A stretch of DNA of 57,983 nucleotides, filler included, from Sluysia triapertura (taxonomy: Eukaryota), in assembly GCA_046118255.1 (NCBI GenBank). It is 4 parts of 4 records of this genome, joined end to end, with 100 filler letters (N's around TTAATTAATTAA, not from the genome) between each part and the next. Parts side by side here need not be neighbours in the genome. Positions count along the whole stretch, not along the records: positions 1 to 14,888 come from JBJNIA010245431.1; 3 more parts are not named here. One strand, given 5' to 3'. Numbering within the stretch: position 1 is the first letter of the stretch; every line of letters starts with the position of its first letter. Below, piece by piece: positions 1-11,569 of this stretch. Made by a program: the position numbers and the translations under genes. A model generated the notes under the pieces. That model was not told the origin of the DNA and did no database searches. It was given only the letters and a program-made list of their open reading frames with translations.

Positions 1-29
1 TTTTAATATATTAAATAGTTGCCCATTTT

Positions 30-102
30 CAATAGTGACTTAATTGATTGCAACAGTGACTTAATTGATTGCAACAGTGACTTAATAGATCGAGAAACCC
101 TA
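30..102 (-). repeat. Three 21-bp tandem subterminal repeats ending in a TAGGG-type DNA transposon terminus
   Basis: CAAYAGTGACTTAATWGATYG at 30-50, 51-71 and 72-92, followed by AGAAACCCTA (reverse complement TAGGGTTTCT), which resembles a hAT-like TIR end. Confidence 0.6.
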
Positions 103-1117
103 CATTTTATGTATTAGAACCCTTAGAAATTAGTAAAAATTAAAATGAGGCGTCTCTTTAGATTATATGTTCAGCGACTAAGTAATTTACTTTACATATA
201 GTTATTTCATTTATTAAGGTTGTTATTCTAGAAACACAAATTTAACGTTATTTATTTTTCGAATTAGTTTTGGTGGAGGTTAGTAGAGAATTATAATAAA
301 TCCTAACAAGACTATAGCCAACAATTTATTTAAATAGTTTTTTATCTACTTTTAATTTCACTAAATAAATAAACGCATAAAACCTTATTACATGGCCAAC
401 TTTTGCATATATTAATTTCATTCTACATTATTATTCACTCACGTCCACTTCGTTAATTTGCATTATTTGTGTATGCTAGTACTTATTCACTGCCATTTTA
501 CCAATATTGAATTTTTATATTCGTATGGTATTTGTGTCAATCTTTAACAACCATTTTCGGTGAATTACGTTTAGTAAGCATCATTTTTATTCTTTTATTT
601 TCAAGGTTTGAATGTATTTCAAAGTATTTCTTTCAATTTTCAGATTTTCAAGCTTTTATGTAGAACATTGTCGTGCGTAGTGTAATTATTTATTTTATTA
701 AAGTTATTTAAAATTATTTTTTTCGTCAGTATATTAGCATCTTAATTACTTAATGATAAATTTTCTGTTTTAAAAAGTATGATCGAAATTGTCATTTTAA
801 TTAAGTGTTAACCAATTAAAACTAATCTTCTATCCTTTCCACGGACACATTAACTTTTAATTTATATTATATCAACAAGAATGATTTAAGTTAAATCATT
901 TTTAAAATATTTTCTGGCACAAAACCTAAACATAAATGCTTAAAATCAAGATTATGTAACAAGACTCACACTTATTACACTTCCAAAAGCAAGTGCATTT
1001 ATTTAATCAATTATAAAAATTAGTCTATCAGTAACGCAATGTGCACCAAATTAGAACACTTTAGAATGCACTTTAACTCTATATAAAAGACTTACGCATT
1101 AAAAACTTATGTAAAAT

Positions 1118-1855
1118 CTAAAATTCACCTAATTCATCTAATTTAAATTCATCTAATGACTCCAAAATAACGACTCCTTTTTTTCCATACTTATTAAAAG
1201 TTGCTTCATCAATTATTTGAATATTTCTCTGAGGTACCCATACAACTTTCATATTAGCTTTTAAGGCAGCTTCAACTCCATTTTGTGAGTCCTCAAAAAC
1301 AACTATGGATTTTGTTTCATTTTCAGTTTCCCACTTTTTCGCTGCAGCAATGAATATGTCCGGTTCAGGCTTTAAATTTTTAATTCCATCATCATCTCCA
1401 CAAATAACAAAATCAAAATAACGAAGCATTTCTCCATGACGTAATGTCTTAGTAATAAAATGCTTTCTTGAAGAAGATGTAGCAATACATAACTAAAATA
1501 CATTAAGCACATAAAATCTAACCTTTATTTTATTATCTGTAAATAATTTTAAAATTCTCAGAACACCCGGCATCATATTACAATTTGCAAAATCAGAGTT
1601 TAATGATTCATATAATTCTTTGGAAAAAATTTCAGGCTTCATTTCAATATTCGTCAGTTCTATTAGTTTTTTTGCTGATTCTATCTCACTACATCCCATT
1701 AACTGTTTTTTCATATCTATTGTGAATTCCTTATTAAACCTTTGCAATATTTTTGCAGTATGTATAGTATAGAGACTTTCAGTATCAAGCAATAGACCAT
1801 CCAAATCAAAGATTGCATATTGTATATTTGATACAAAATTTTTATCAAGAGGCAT
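1118..1855 (-). CDS. PUDP: HAD-superfamily pseudouridine-5'-phosphatase (HDHD1/PUDP-like), 2 exons (1855-1523, 1492-1118), 235 aa
   Basis: Motif I FDLDGLLLDTE. Removing the GT-AG intron 1522-1493 joins ...DNKIK to LCIATSSSRK (motif II ATSS), then KPEPDIF (motif III) and VFEDSQNGVEAA (motif IV). Confidence 0.9.
1493..1522 (-). other. 30-nt spliceosomal intron (phase 0)
   Basis: GTTAGATTTTATGTGCTTAATGTATTTTAG; excision restores a full-length HAD phosphatase frame. Confidence 0.9.
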
Positions 1856-2161
1856 TATTTTAAAATTTAATGGAAAATATAAAAGGAGGAAGCTTAGTAA
1901 AACAAAAGCATCAATATATTACATTTATTAGTTTATTGTATTTATTTTTTGTCCACACCTCTTAAAATTCATTGTTGTTTTGTCGTTACTTTTGACTTCG
2001 GTTTGAAATGATATATATAAGTGTATATGATAAGTATATAGATAAGTATATATGATAAAATATCTATAATGTTTTGTGTCGATGAGGATGTACGTCAACT
2101 TTATACGTGTGAATTTCGAAATATTAAGGTAATGTATTAATGTGAATCTCTTGAAATTTAA

Positions 2162-2640
2162 CTAATAATTCTTGGTGTTGTTTGCTTTACATGTTTTGCT
2201 ATCTCCACAAAAATAAAAGATTATAATATCATTATTAACAGTATAAAAATCAATTACTTCAAGTTCATTAATACTCAACTTGTTATTGTTCCCGTTCAGA
2301 TCTAATACTTCGAGACTTCTTAGGATGTTTCCGATTCTGGAGAAAGGATCGATGTATTGTACAAATTCGGTATCGAGAATTGTTAGTTGATCCACTATAG
2401 GCAACCGCTCCCATATTTGACACAAATTCCATCTTGGTTACTATCTAATAAGCATATTGACTTTTTGGTAACTTCATAAGAATTTGGTGAGTTAATAGCA
2501 TTTGTGGATTTATCTAATCGTATGTCGTATTCGAATTCATAATGGTATAAATTGTCAGGATAATTTTTGGTATTTTCTTCGTTTTTATTCACATGTTTTT
2601 GTTGTGATAATTCTGCGGTATAATATTTAATATCTGCCAT
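2162..2640 (-). pseudogene. Frameshifted ORF of unknown function, divergent from the Gypsy-like element
   Basis: Two overlapping minus-strand ORFs (MADIKYYTAEL... from ATG 2640; ...IVDQLTILDTEFVQYIDPFSRIG...) with protein-like composition; no family recognised. Confidence 0.35.
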
Positions 2641-3819
2641 CACATTGTTAGCCTTTTCTGTGAAAAAACTAACAATTATGATTTGTAAATAAACGTGTTC
2701 GTCTGTATATTGCACTTTACGTCTGGCCGAAGACGCAACTACAGATAAAATGTGAAAATAATTTAACGCTCCTTACAAGCAGAATTCTTTCAATGTAGTA
2801 ATTAATTTTTTTACTTTATTCCTTTCTGTAAGCTCTCACCTAATATATTTTAAAAAATATACTATTAAGTCGATATTCTTAACGCAAAATTAACGTAATG
2901 TCTTTAATTTCTTAATTAACTTAATATATTTATTTAAAAAATTTATACTCCAAGTTTTAATACTATTCTTATTAATTTTAAAACTCTTTACTCTATCTTT
3001 TTGTGAAATGAAAAATTACAAAACACCAAATTTTTATTATAAAATTGAATAATATAATAAGTAATATATAAAAAATGACATATAATATAATGCAATAATA
3101 CTTTAAAAATAAAGGGTTTAAGGTTTATTTAATTTTTAGATTTTAAAAGTTTAATTGATCCAGGTGTGATAATTGGCAATAGGTTTATAAGATTTTGAGT
3201 ATGATTTTGACACAATAAATTATTTATGTGGAAACTTAATAATTATCAACTTACGTTTACTAAAAATTCGATACGTCCAGATTTTAATTTCCCGGTAGAT
3301 GAATGAATCATTCGATTAATAGCTCCAAAAATTGATAATTTCCAGATTATAAAATGCAAATTCTTTTAGATCAATCACTTTAAATCATTTTCCAGCGATT
3401 CCAACAAGAACTTTCTTGCAAATTAACTTTTATCAACGTTGCTTTATTAAATTTCCACAAAAATGATCTCTTTATATATGATAATTATTTTGACGAGAGA
3501 AAAATTTTATAATCATTTTATTATTTTTAATATCATTAAATATGCATAAAAAATCATATAAAATTCTTTTATGGGTCCATAAAATATGAAATTAAAATAT
3601 AATTCTTTTGTGTTTATAAGATTAAAATATGATATTAAAATATGAAAATTCTTATTAAAAATATTTATAGAATTAAATTAAAAAGATTTTATTTTATTAG
3701 ATATTGAAAATAAATTATTTACAAGTTTACAAATAAAAATTAAAAATTATTTACAGAATAAAAATTTACAAACACAGTTTTATTCACTTTTACTCTTTAC
3801 ACAAAATTAAATCTAACAT

Positions 3820-3837
3820 TGGTGCCCGAAGAGAGGA
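3820..3837 (+). promoter_or_regulatory. Primer-binding site (tRNA-Lys(UUU)-like) directly after an LTR-type end
   Basis: ...ATCTAACA(3818) T TGGTGCCCGAAGAGAGGA; the first 11 nt match the tRNA-Lys3 PBS TGGCGCCCGAA at 10/11 positions. Confidence 0.7.
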
Positions 3838-4165
3838 TACTCGATGCACATCCATAAATTATAAAATATAAAGTTATAGTAAGACTATCAAAAGTGTTCA
3901 CGAGAGATTTTAATTTTGAATTTGTATTTTTATCTTTCATATTTAGATAGTGAATCTTAGAAATCGTATTAATTCAGATTTAGATCTTAGAAGTCGTACT
4001 AATTATAATTCAGATTCAGATAAAGAAAAAAATTTATATTTGAGAGCGAAAGAAAGAAGAAAGTAAAACCTAAAGATAATAAATAATAAACAAATAATAA
4101 TAAATAAAGATAAACAAATAATAAGTAAAGAAAATAAATTCATAGAAACCATATTTAAGAAGAAA

Positions 4166-5340
4166 ATGACTGATAAGATTATTACAAAAGAACAAATGGC
4201 GCAGCTTATAACCGCAATGAATAGACATCTATTAAATCAAAATCTGAAGATTGAAAAATTTTCAGGAAACGAAAACAAATTGTTAGACTTTTTAACCGAG
4301 TATAATGAAGAGGCAGACAACTTAGGCTGGAGCAATAGAAAAAAATGTTTGAAATTTGCATCATGCATAACTGGCCACGCAGCTAATGTCTTTAAATTCT
4401 TATCAGATGCAGCAAAACAGGAATGGAAAAAATTGAAAGTTGCTTTTATAAAAGATATAGTGGGGGATGACATAAACGACTCTTCAGAGAAAGAGTACAA
4501 CAACGTGATGAAACAGTGGCAGAATATTCATACCAATTAAGGATCCTAGCAGAAGAAGCATATCCATCTAAAACAAATGATGAGGAAAAACGACGAAAGA
4601 TTGATAAAAAGCTCACACAAAAATTTATTAAAGGAATAAAAAAGAATATTGGAATAATGTTAACAACATCTAATACCGAAGGATATCAAGAAACATTAGA
4701 AAAGCAAGAGAACTGGAGAAACAAATCAACGAAAAAGAACACATATAAACGCGATAACTGAAGTAAGTAAGACTATAAAGGAGAGATCCAGATCTCCAAT
4801 TTTAAAAAAAGTGAGTTAGCATGAAACACCAAAATCAATAATAAAAGAACAAATACATAGATAAAAATCAGCACAAAGTAATAATGAATTTAATAAATTT
4901 AATAAACCATTCGAAAATAAAATTAATCATAAATTTTATGAAAGTAATAGGCAATTGCAACACCAAGAAATAGTTATCCAACTCAATTTCCTAGAAGAGA
5001 ATCAATTACCTAGATACGTACCACCTAATAATTAGCCACGATCGCCAAGAAACTATAATCCAGGATACAGACATTTGAATTATACACCGTGAAATTAACA
5101 ACCAAATTATTATTCAAGGAATGAACCATCAAATTATCAATCAAAGTACTACCCAAGAAATATACAATTAAGTTCAAGATATAGACGAGCAAGTAAATCT
5201 CCAAACAGAACTCAATTTTACAATGATAATAATGATAAAACATCGATAGAAAGAAGCAAAGTAGATATATACGAGGAGAATCACTGTAATCACTGTAAAA
5301 CGTACGGACACTATGAAAAGGCGTGCCCAGAATACTCATC
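4166..5340 (+). pseudogene. gag: Retrotransposon gag (capsid plus CCHC nucleocapsid), frameshifted
   Basis: IEKFSGNENKLLDFLTEYNEEADNLGWS...ITGHAANVF...WKKLKVAF; VAEYSYQLRILAEEAYP...KFIKGI; zinc knuckle CNHCKTYGHYEKAC at 5285-5326. Confidence 0.88.
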
Positions 5341-6639
5341 AAATTTTCCTTTAGATGGAAAAAACCATGTTTATATGTTGAAGGATAATAAAAGCGAACT
5401 GACACCAGATTACGCTAGGATGGATGACGAAGCTTGTTGTGCATTGTATCAAAGAGAAAAGGTAGATAAAAAGGATGAGGAAGAAAAAGAAAAAAGAAAT
5501 CAAATGGATAACGGATTCAGAGGAGCATCAACACATGATGGCGAAGAAAACGATGATACTGATGATGATCTACTAGATACACCCAAGGCAAAGGCTGCTC
5601 AGGAAGGAACAAGAGAAATATTAATAAAATAAAACTTGGAACTTTGAGTAAAAAATATAGAGAAGGATTATTTAATGCCTTAAGAGAATTTATAATCGAA
5701 AAGGTTGAAATTGATTTAACAGAAGAAATGAGAGAAACGTTATTAAAAATAATTAGATGACAAAAATTTAATGAACACGAAAAGAAATATGCGAAAACTA
5801 TATTAAGAAATTATGGAAAACATATGAGACATAAAAATCCCAATCGAAAAATAAAAGCAGTATTACAGTTACCATAGGAAACTCGAGTATTGAAAAGACA
5901 TATTCATACAACAGGAAGATTTATTAGAAATAAAGTTATAGGAGAAATAAATTGCTACGGCATACAGATAAAAATTATGTTTAATGAAGAAGAATTAGAT
6001 GGTGACGATAAAATTGTAGATTGTGGATATCCAATTAGAGAAAATCATACAGAAAGAATAAAAATAATAATAGAGGAAAAGGATAATTTTTTAGAATAAA
6101 TATTAGGGGAAGATTGAATGAAGAATTATGATACAATAAATAATAAAAATATGGAGATACTATCAATAAACGATAACTAAATAGTCGACAACCAAATAAA
6201 TGCTAATCGAATGGACAGTAATCAAATAAATAACTATGAACAATAACCAGATAAATGATATTAAAGTAAAGGATAACCAAACGAATGATAATCAAACAAA
6301 TAATAATCAAAAAGAAAACATGCCAAATAACGTAACTAAGGCTTGAAAAGAAGTTGAAAATACATTGTTTCCAGAAGAGGTGATAGATCTAGATGATTAT
6401 GTTACATTTTATGAGCTGTTAAATAGAATAGAGAATGATAATACAGTTAAAGATGATAATTTAAAGAAAAAAGAAAATAAAACTGGAAACTGAAAGAAAA
6501 TGATAATGATGAAATACGAGAATTAATAAATAAAATTGAAAATGTAGTAAAACTAAGTATTGAAGGAAATAAGCTGTTAAATTCGAACTTATTAGGAAAA
6601 CAAATAGATCAAACAGTAATCACTCAAAACTTTCAAAGA

Positions 6640-8404
6640 TTGCTAATGAAAATTTTAATTTTATGTGGAATCAAACCAACAGTCATCCAGAGATCGGAAA
6701 TAGTTTCTCATTAGTAAACACAGATAATTGCCCAGACACTAACAAATTTATTTAATTTAGGGAACGAAATATTTCATGTATACGAAGAAAGTGGATTAAT
6801 ACGCACAGAGGTTAAGGAATGTGTAGTTAAGCGAGCTGTGAAGTTACAGTAAAGTTCCATGCGGTCAACATGGAACGGTTTATCCATTAAAAAAGAGAAC
6901 TCCTTTCATAGCGTTAATAATGTCCACAGAGACTTGCCTAGAAACTTTTCAAACTGAAAGAATAGGGATAAAAAGTGATTTAATAATTGAAGTAAAAAAG
7001 GGCATTATAAAGTACTATCGTTATTTTGCTGTAGGAAGTCACACGAAAGCAGATACGGATTTTTTACGGACGGAGATTATAATTTAGATGGAGTAACCTA
7101 TAAAACATGATCGCGACCGAATATTATATGACTGAACTAAAAACTTGGAGTGCGACTTTTGACTCGAGTACTAATAATATGATACAGGCACCAAACTGTA
7201 AAATAACGAATATAATTTGTGATACCGGAGAGTCTGTACTATTTTATAAAGTAAACAGATTTGAATGCTCATTAACTCATTTAAAAACATCAATGTTTAA
7301 CCAAACTAAAGGATTTATAAATGGAAAATTAGACGCAACACAAATTCTAAATGTTGAAAAAAGTAATAGAAACATACCCGACTACAAATCCCAGAAATAG
7401 AAGCACCAACTATTATAATGTCTACGAAATCAACAGATGGGATGGTGTTCGTCCTGAAAGAGAAAGTGACTAAGTGTGCAGAAGAGGTAATCAGCACAAA
7501 TTATCCTTGGATATTTGTTAGAAATCGACTACCAATCTCAAACGCAAAAACCGAATTAGTAGCTAGTGATGTGCAATTATATAACTATTTCAACAATAAG
7601 ATTAAATTTTATTACCATCTTGGATTGACTCAGTTAGAAAAAATTTACCAAATTCTAATGTACCGAGGCTGTCAATTAAATAAAGAATTAATAAGAACGA
7701 TTACTAACCCCGATATGGTAGCACCATTATTACTGTTGAAAGATGGAGTATTTGGGAAATCTATGAGAGAAGAGTCACGGTAAAACTATATGATAACATT
7801 GAATGTACGAAGAAGTTACCTGTAGAATACAATAACGAAAAAGATATATAGAACCAGTGACTAGAATTATAGTCCCTAAAGAAAATAAAGTCAAAAAACT
7901 AGATTGTTCAATATTAGTGTCCCCACTATATAAAATGCATGAAAATTATTTGATTTATCTATCATCGAGAATAAGAGTAGAATCTCCTCCAGCTCTAAGT
8001 TTAATAGATTTTAGTTTTCAAACGGAGAATGATATTTCGGAATGTATCAAATATCTGATATAAAGAAAGCTTGGAATGAAATATTATTAGCAATAAAAAG
8101 AGCACGAATATTAATCGAAATACTAGATGCTGCATTACCAAAAGGCGCTAAAGCACCTAATTACGAACTACCATCAACACAGAAGCACTTTGAACAAGCA
8201 GCGAAACAAACACTGCGTAAGATTTGGGGAAAATTTGCAGTCATTGGACAATTATGTTCGGGTCGCATCGAGATTTATATTGTTATTAAAGCCATTATTA
8301 TAGTGTGTACTCGAGTGCTATCAACTTACAATATATATCGGCTGAATATGGAGAATCATCACGGTATTGATCCCCTCCAAAGGTCATCATGTAGTGAGCC
8401 ATAA
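6640..8404 (+). pseudogene. env: Envelope glycoprotein, class III fusion type (chuvirus-G / herpes gB-like), fragmented
   Basis: Hydrophobic signal-like LLMKILILCG at ~6640; CKITNIICDTGESVLFY..C; NYFNNKIKF...LEKIYQILMYRGCQLNKELI..NPDMVAPLLL; ECTKKLPVEY..YIEPVTRIIV..DCSILVSPLYK; C-terminal WGKFAVIGQLCSG..IYIVIKAIIIV TM segment. The motif order matches chuvirus-type glycoproteins as I recall them. Confidence 0.75.
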
Positions 8405-8599
8405 ACATGCTGAAATAATACAAGAACTATCAAGTCCAAAAGCTCCAAAGAACTTTATTAATTATGAGAAAACTGGCGAGGTGATGGAAAATGAGGAATC
8501 TCTATATCCATTCAAAACTGTTGAAGAGATTCAAAACGAAAATAATAAAATAAATCCTATCAATAGAAAAAAATGTTATTATTTAAAGAAACACTATAA

Positions 8600-8890
8600 T
8601 GGCTATAATATCTACCAAAAAATATTAGTAAATAAATACTCTATTAAAAGACACAGAATCACAAGTTTTTGCAATTCGTTATAAATCTCTACCAACAAAA
8701 GATTAGGAAAAAATAATAATCAACAATGACTACCTAGAAGGAATAAATGGAGAGCTGATAAGCGTTAGAAGTTTCTTGGCTTATGTAGAGATAGTAAATC
8801 AAAAATGGAGAACAAGAATTTACATTTTAGATGAATGTTCAGAAAAAATGGTAATCTGTATGGACATACTACAGCAATTAAAAGACGTAA
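8600..8890 (+). pseudogene. Retropepsin-like aspartic protease domain 1 (degenerate)
   Basis: DTESQV at 8650 (D-T-G equivalent), LEGING flap, and C-terminal MVICMDIL (IxGxDxL-type motif). Confidence 0.65.
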
Positions 8891-9129
8891 TTATACATCC
8901 AACTCAAGGATTGTTAACACTAAGCGAAATAAAAGAAATTGCAACTGATCTAAACGTAATCACTATTAATGCAAATTCTATTGAAAATTTAGACATGATT
9001 TAGACAAAATATTCTAATGGAAAATGAAGACAGTTCTGAGATGGAAAATTTATCTAATACCGCGATTGATACAACGTCATCTGACAACATGTCAAATATA
9101 ACAACAACAGATAATTTAACAAGTAAAAT

Positions 9130-9450
9130 TACATTAGAAGACATAGCAGAATTACAGGAAGAGGTAATGATTTTGGAACAGAGAAACGATGAAGAGATAA
9201 TGAATATTATCAATAACATAACAAAAATATTTTCTCTAACTATCAAATTCAGAATATTTTAAAATACAAAATGGAAGATAAATTCTTAATTGTAGTATCC
9301 CAATCAAGAAACACCATCATGGCCACCATCATGGCGGGCTACCTTTCAGCGAAAAGAACCACTGAAAGGATAAAAATAAAGTATTATTGGATCAATATGG
9401 ACTGCGATATCACAAATTGGTGTAAAACAGTAAAATGTGTAATTTCTGGA
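9130..9450 (+). pseudogene. RNaseH-integrase linker plus integrase zinc-binding (H2C2) domain
   Basis: EQRNDEEIMNII...LIVV...AGYLSAKRTTERIKIKYYWINMDCDITNWCKT.KC matches GH.G..KT..RI...YYW..M..DI..W...C..C. Confidence 0.8.
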
Positions 9451-9529
9451 AGGAAGTGATAAAGGAGCAAATTAAACATGAAAGTATGCAAGATGATGAT
9501 CGCGATAATGCTAAGAAATGGAGTTAACT

Positions 9530-9800
9530 CCTTATAAATTGTAGCAGTGTGTAATAATTAATGGAAAGATAGATAGATACGGGTTCAGACGTAAGTATTA
9601 GACGATATGAAGACATACCAGAACAAGAAAAGATAACTTTAATAGAAGTACTTGAAAAGTTCGACAGAGTCGACATGGTATTTAATCGATGGAGAGTAGA
9701 AATTAAAATTGAACAATATAACTTCCACATAGAGATAGCAATAGTAGGCAATTGTCCAGAAGAAGTAATAATTGGAATTAGAAACGTTTCCGGAAATACT
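9530..9800 (+). pseudogene. Retropepsin-like aspartic protease domain 2
   Basis: IDTGSDVSI at 9573-9599, then ...VEIKIEQYNFHIEIAIVGNCPEEVIIG. Confidence 0.75.
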
Positions 9801-10574
9801 TATAAAAAGGAATAAAATTAAAAATAGATTAAAGAATCCAAACACTATAGAAATTCTACCAAATAAAAATCAGCTTATCTTTCAAGAAAGAAGACGATAT
9901 AAATATATGTTTAATGGATGAGATCAATATATAGAATCGGAAGATTTATTACAGAGATTAGAAAACACTTGCAAAAAACCCAAAAAAATATGAATAAACT
10001 GGAAACTACGGTCAATATCACGAAATCCTTTATAATTATATGCGATCTGAAACACAGACTAAACATAATAATACAAAATTGACCATTTCATCAGAAAAAG
10101 AAAATATAGAATTCTTCAGTAACATGGTAAACATGGAAATGAATTGGTTTTGAAGAACTAATATGAAAGTTGTAATGAGAATAGATGGAACACAAAAAAA
10201 TAGAAAAGGAATTTCATATCCAGTATCATATTTACTGGATTTCGTAAAAACATACTTGAATACAACACAAATAATAAATTTTCATTATAGAGGAAGAGTA
10301 TTGAACCGAGACAATGGACTATATTTAATTGATTTAGGATTTCCAATAAACTATTTGAGCGGCGATGATGAAATTACAATTACAATTGGTAGCGATGAAA
10401 ATAGCGATCCTAAATCTTCTAATGAAACACAAATACATTTAGAAACCGTAAATCGGGAATTCTATTGTGAGGTGTTTAGAGAATTATCAATAAAAAAATC
10501 AACAACGAGAAAGACTGTTACACACCGACTCACTTATTAGTCAAAACATGATGAGACGGAGAATAAATTATAAG

Positions 10575-10830
10575 AATAAATTTTGCATAACAGTAGAATT
10601 TAAAGGGAAAAGTTATAAAGTAATACTAGATATGGGAGCAACACATTCAATAATTAGATATCAAATTCTAAATGACAATATAAGAAACAAAATCATATTG
10701 TCGATTAACTATAGCTTCCATTACTGGTAGTCAAATTATTTTTATAGGAAAATTGGAAAGAGAAATTTCAATATCACAAAAAATCATTAAATGTAAAGCC
10801 AGAGTACTGTCTATACGATATTATAGAACA
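10575..10830 (+). pseudogene. Retropepsin-like aspartic protease domain 3
   Basis: FCITVEFKGKSYKVILDMGATHSII (LD[T]GATHS motif, Asp at 10629), then TGSQIIFIG flap after a frameshift. Confidence 0.75.
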
Positions 10831-11569
10831 AATTCTAGAGATATTAATGCAAAAGGAAGCTGAACTATGGAGCAGAAAAGAAGCACTTCTAAACGAAGGA
10901 AGACTACTAATGTTCCACAAAACAGAACCAAGTCCACATTAACATAATCATCTATATGAAGAATTAGAAAATGCATTAAGAACACCTGGAAATGTAGAAA
11001 GGCTAAAAAGTAGTAATTGATATCGTTTTAGAATCAGAAGAATTATTACATGAATATCCACCTCTTAAACATCAATTAAATGGCATCCCGCTTTTACTTT
11101 TGATGTCTGTACTTTTTATTTGATTCTGCCCCAACTCCTTTACCTTCATTCTATATGTACCGAGTCACAATCACAGAATGTGATATTTATTATAGGAAAA
11201 TCTTTAGTAGCTCATACGAATTTACTATAAAATACCGAATAAGAGTGTTGATATTTATCAACCTCCTACTTTTTCTGGCATTGATGTCCTGCACAATGGA
11301 TTTCAGGTGCCAAAATCTGATTATCCACCACGACTGACTAAGTCGCAAAGGCATGATTACAGACGACACCAGCTTAAAAAATTTTATAGAAAAAATGCAC
11401 GATTATGTGAGAATCTTTTCATAAAACAACACTAATTGCTTCCTAAGTATTATTAACTATAATTGTATTAATACATAAAAACCTATATAAAAATTACTTT
11501 TAAAAAATCACTCTTTGTGTATTTTTCCTTTTGTATGTATATTTCAAGTTTTGTTCTTTTTTAGTACAA

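Noticed and set aside
30-92. Possible CRISPR array
   Set aside because: Head-to-tail 21-bp repeats with no unique spacers, eukaryotic context and no cas genes.
2078-2125. Hammerhead ribozyme (TCGATGAG...TTCGAAA)
   Set aside because: Core is not CUGAUGA, and stems I-III could not be built convincingly.
4237-5405. Minus-strand ORFs 4237-4503 and 5025-5405 (also 7315-7497, 8989-9246, 9524-9845, 12169-12441)
   Set aside because: Antisense shadows of plus-strand retroelement coding sequence.
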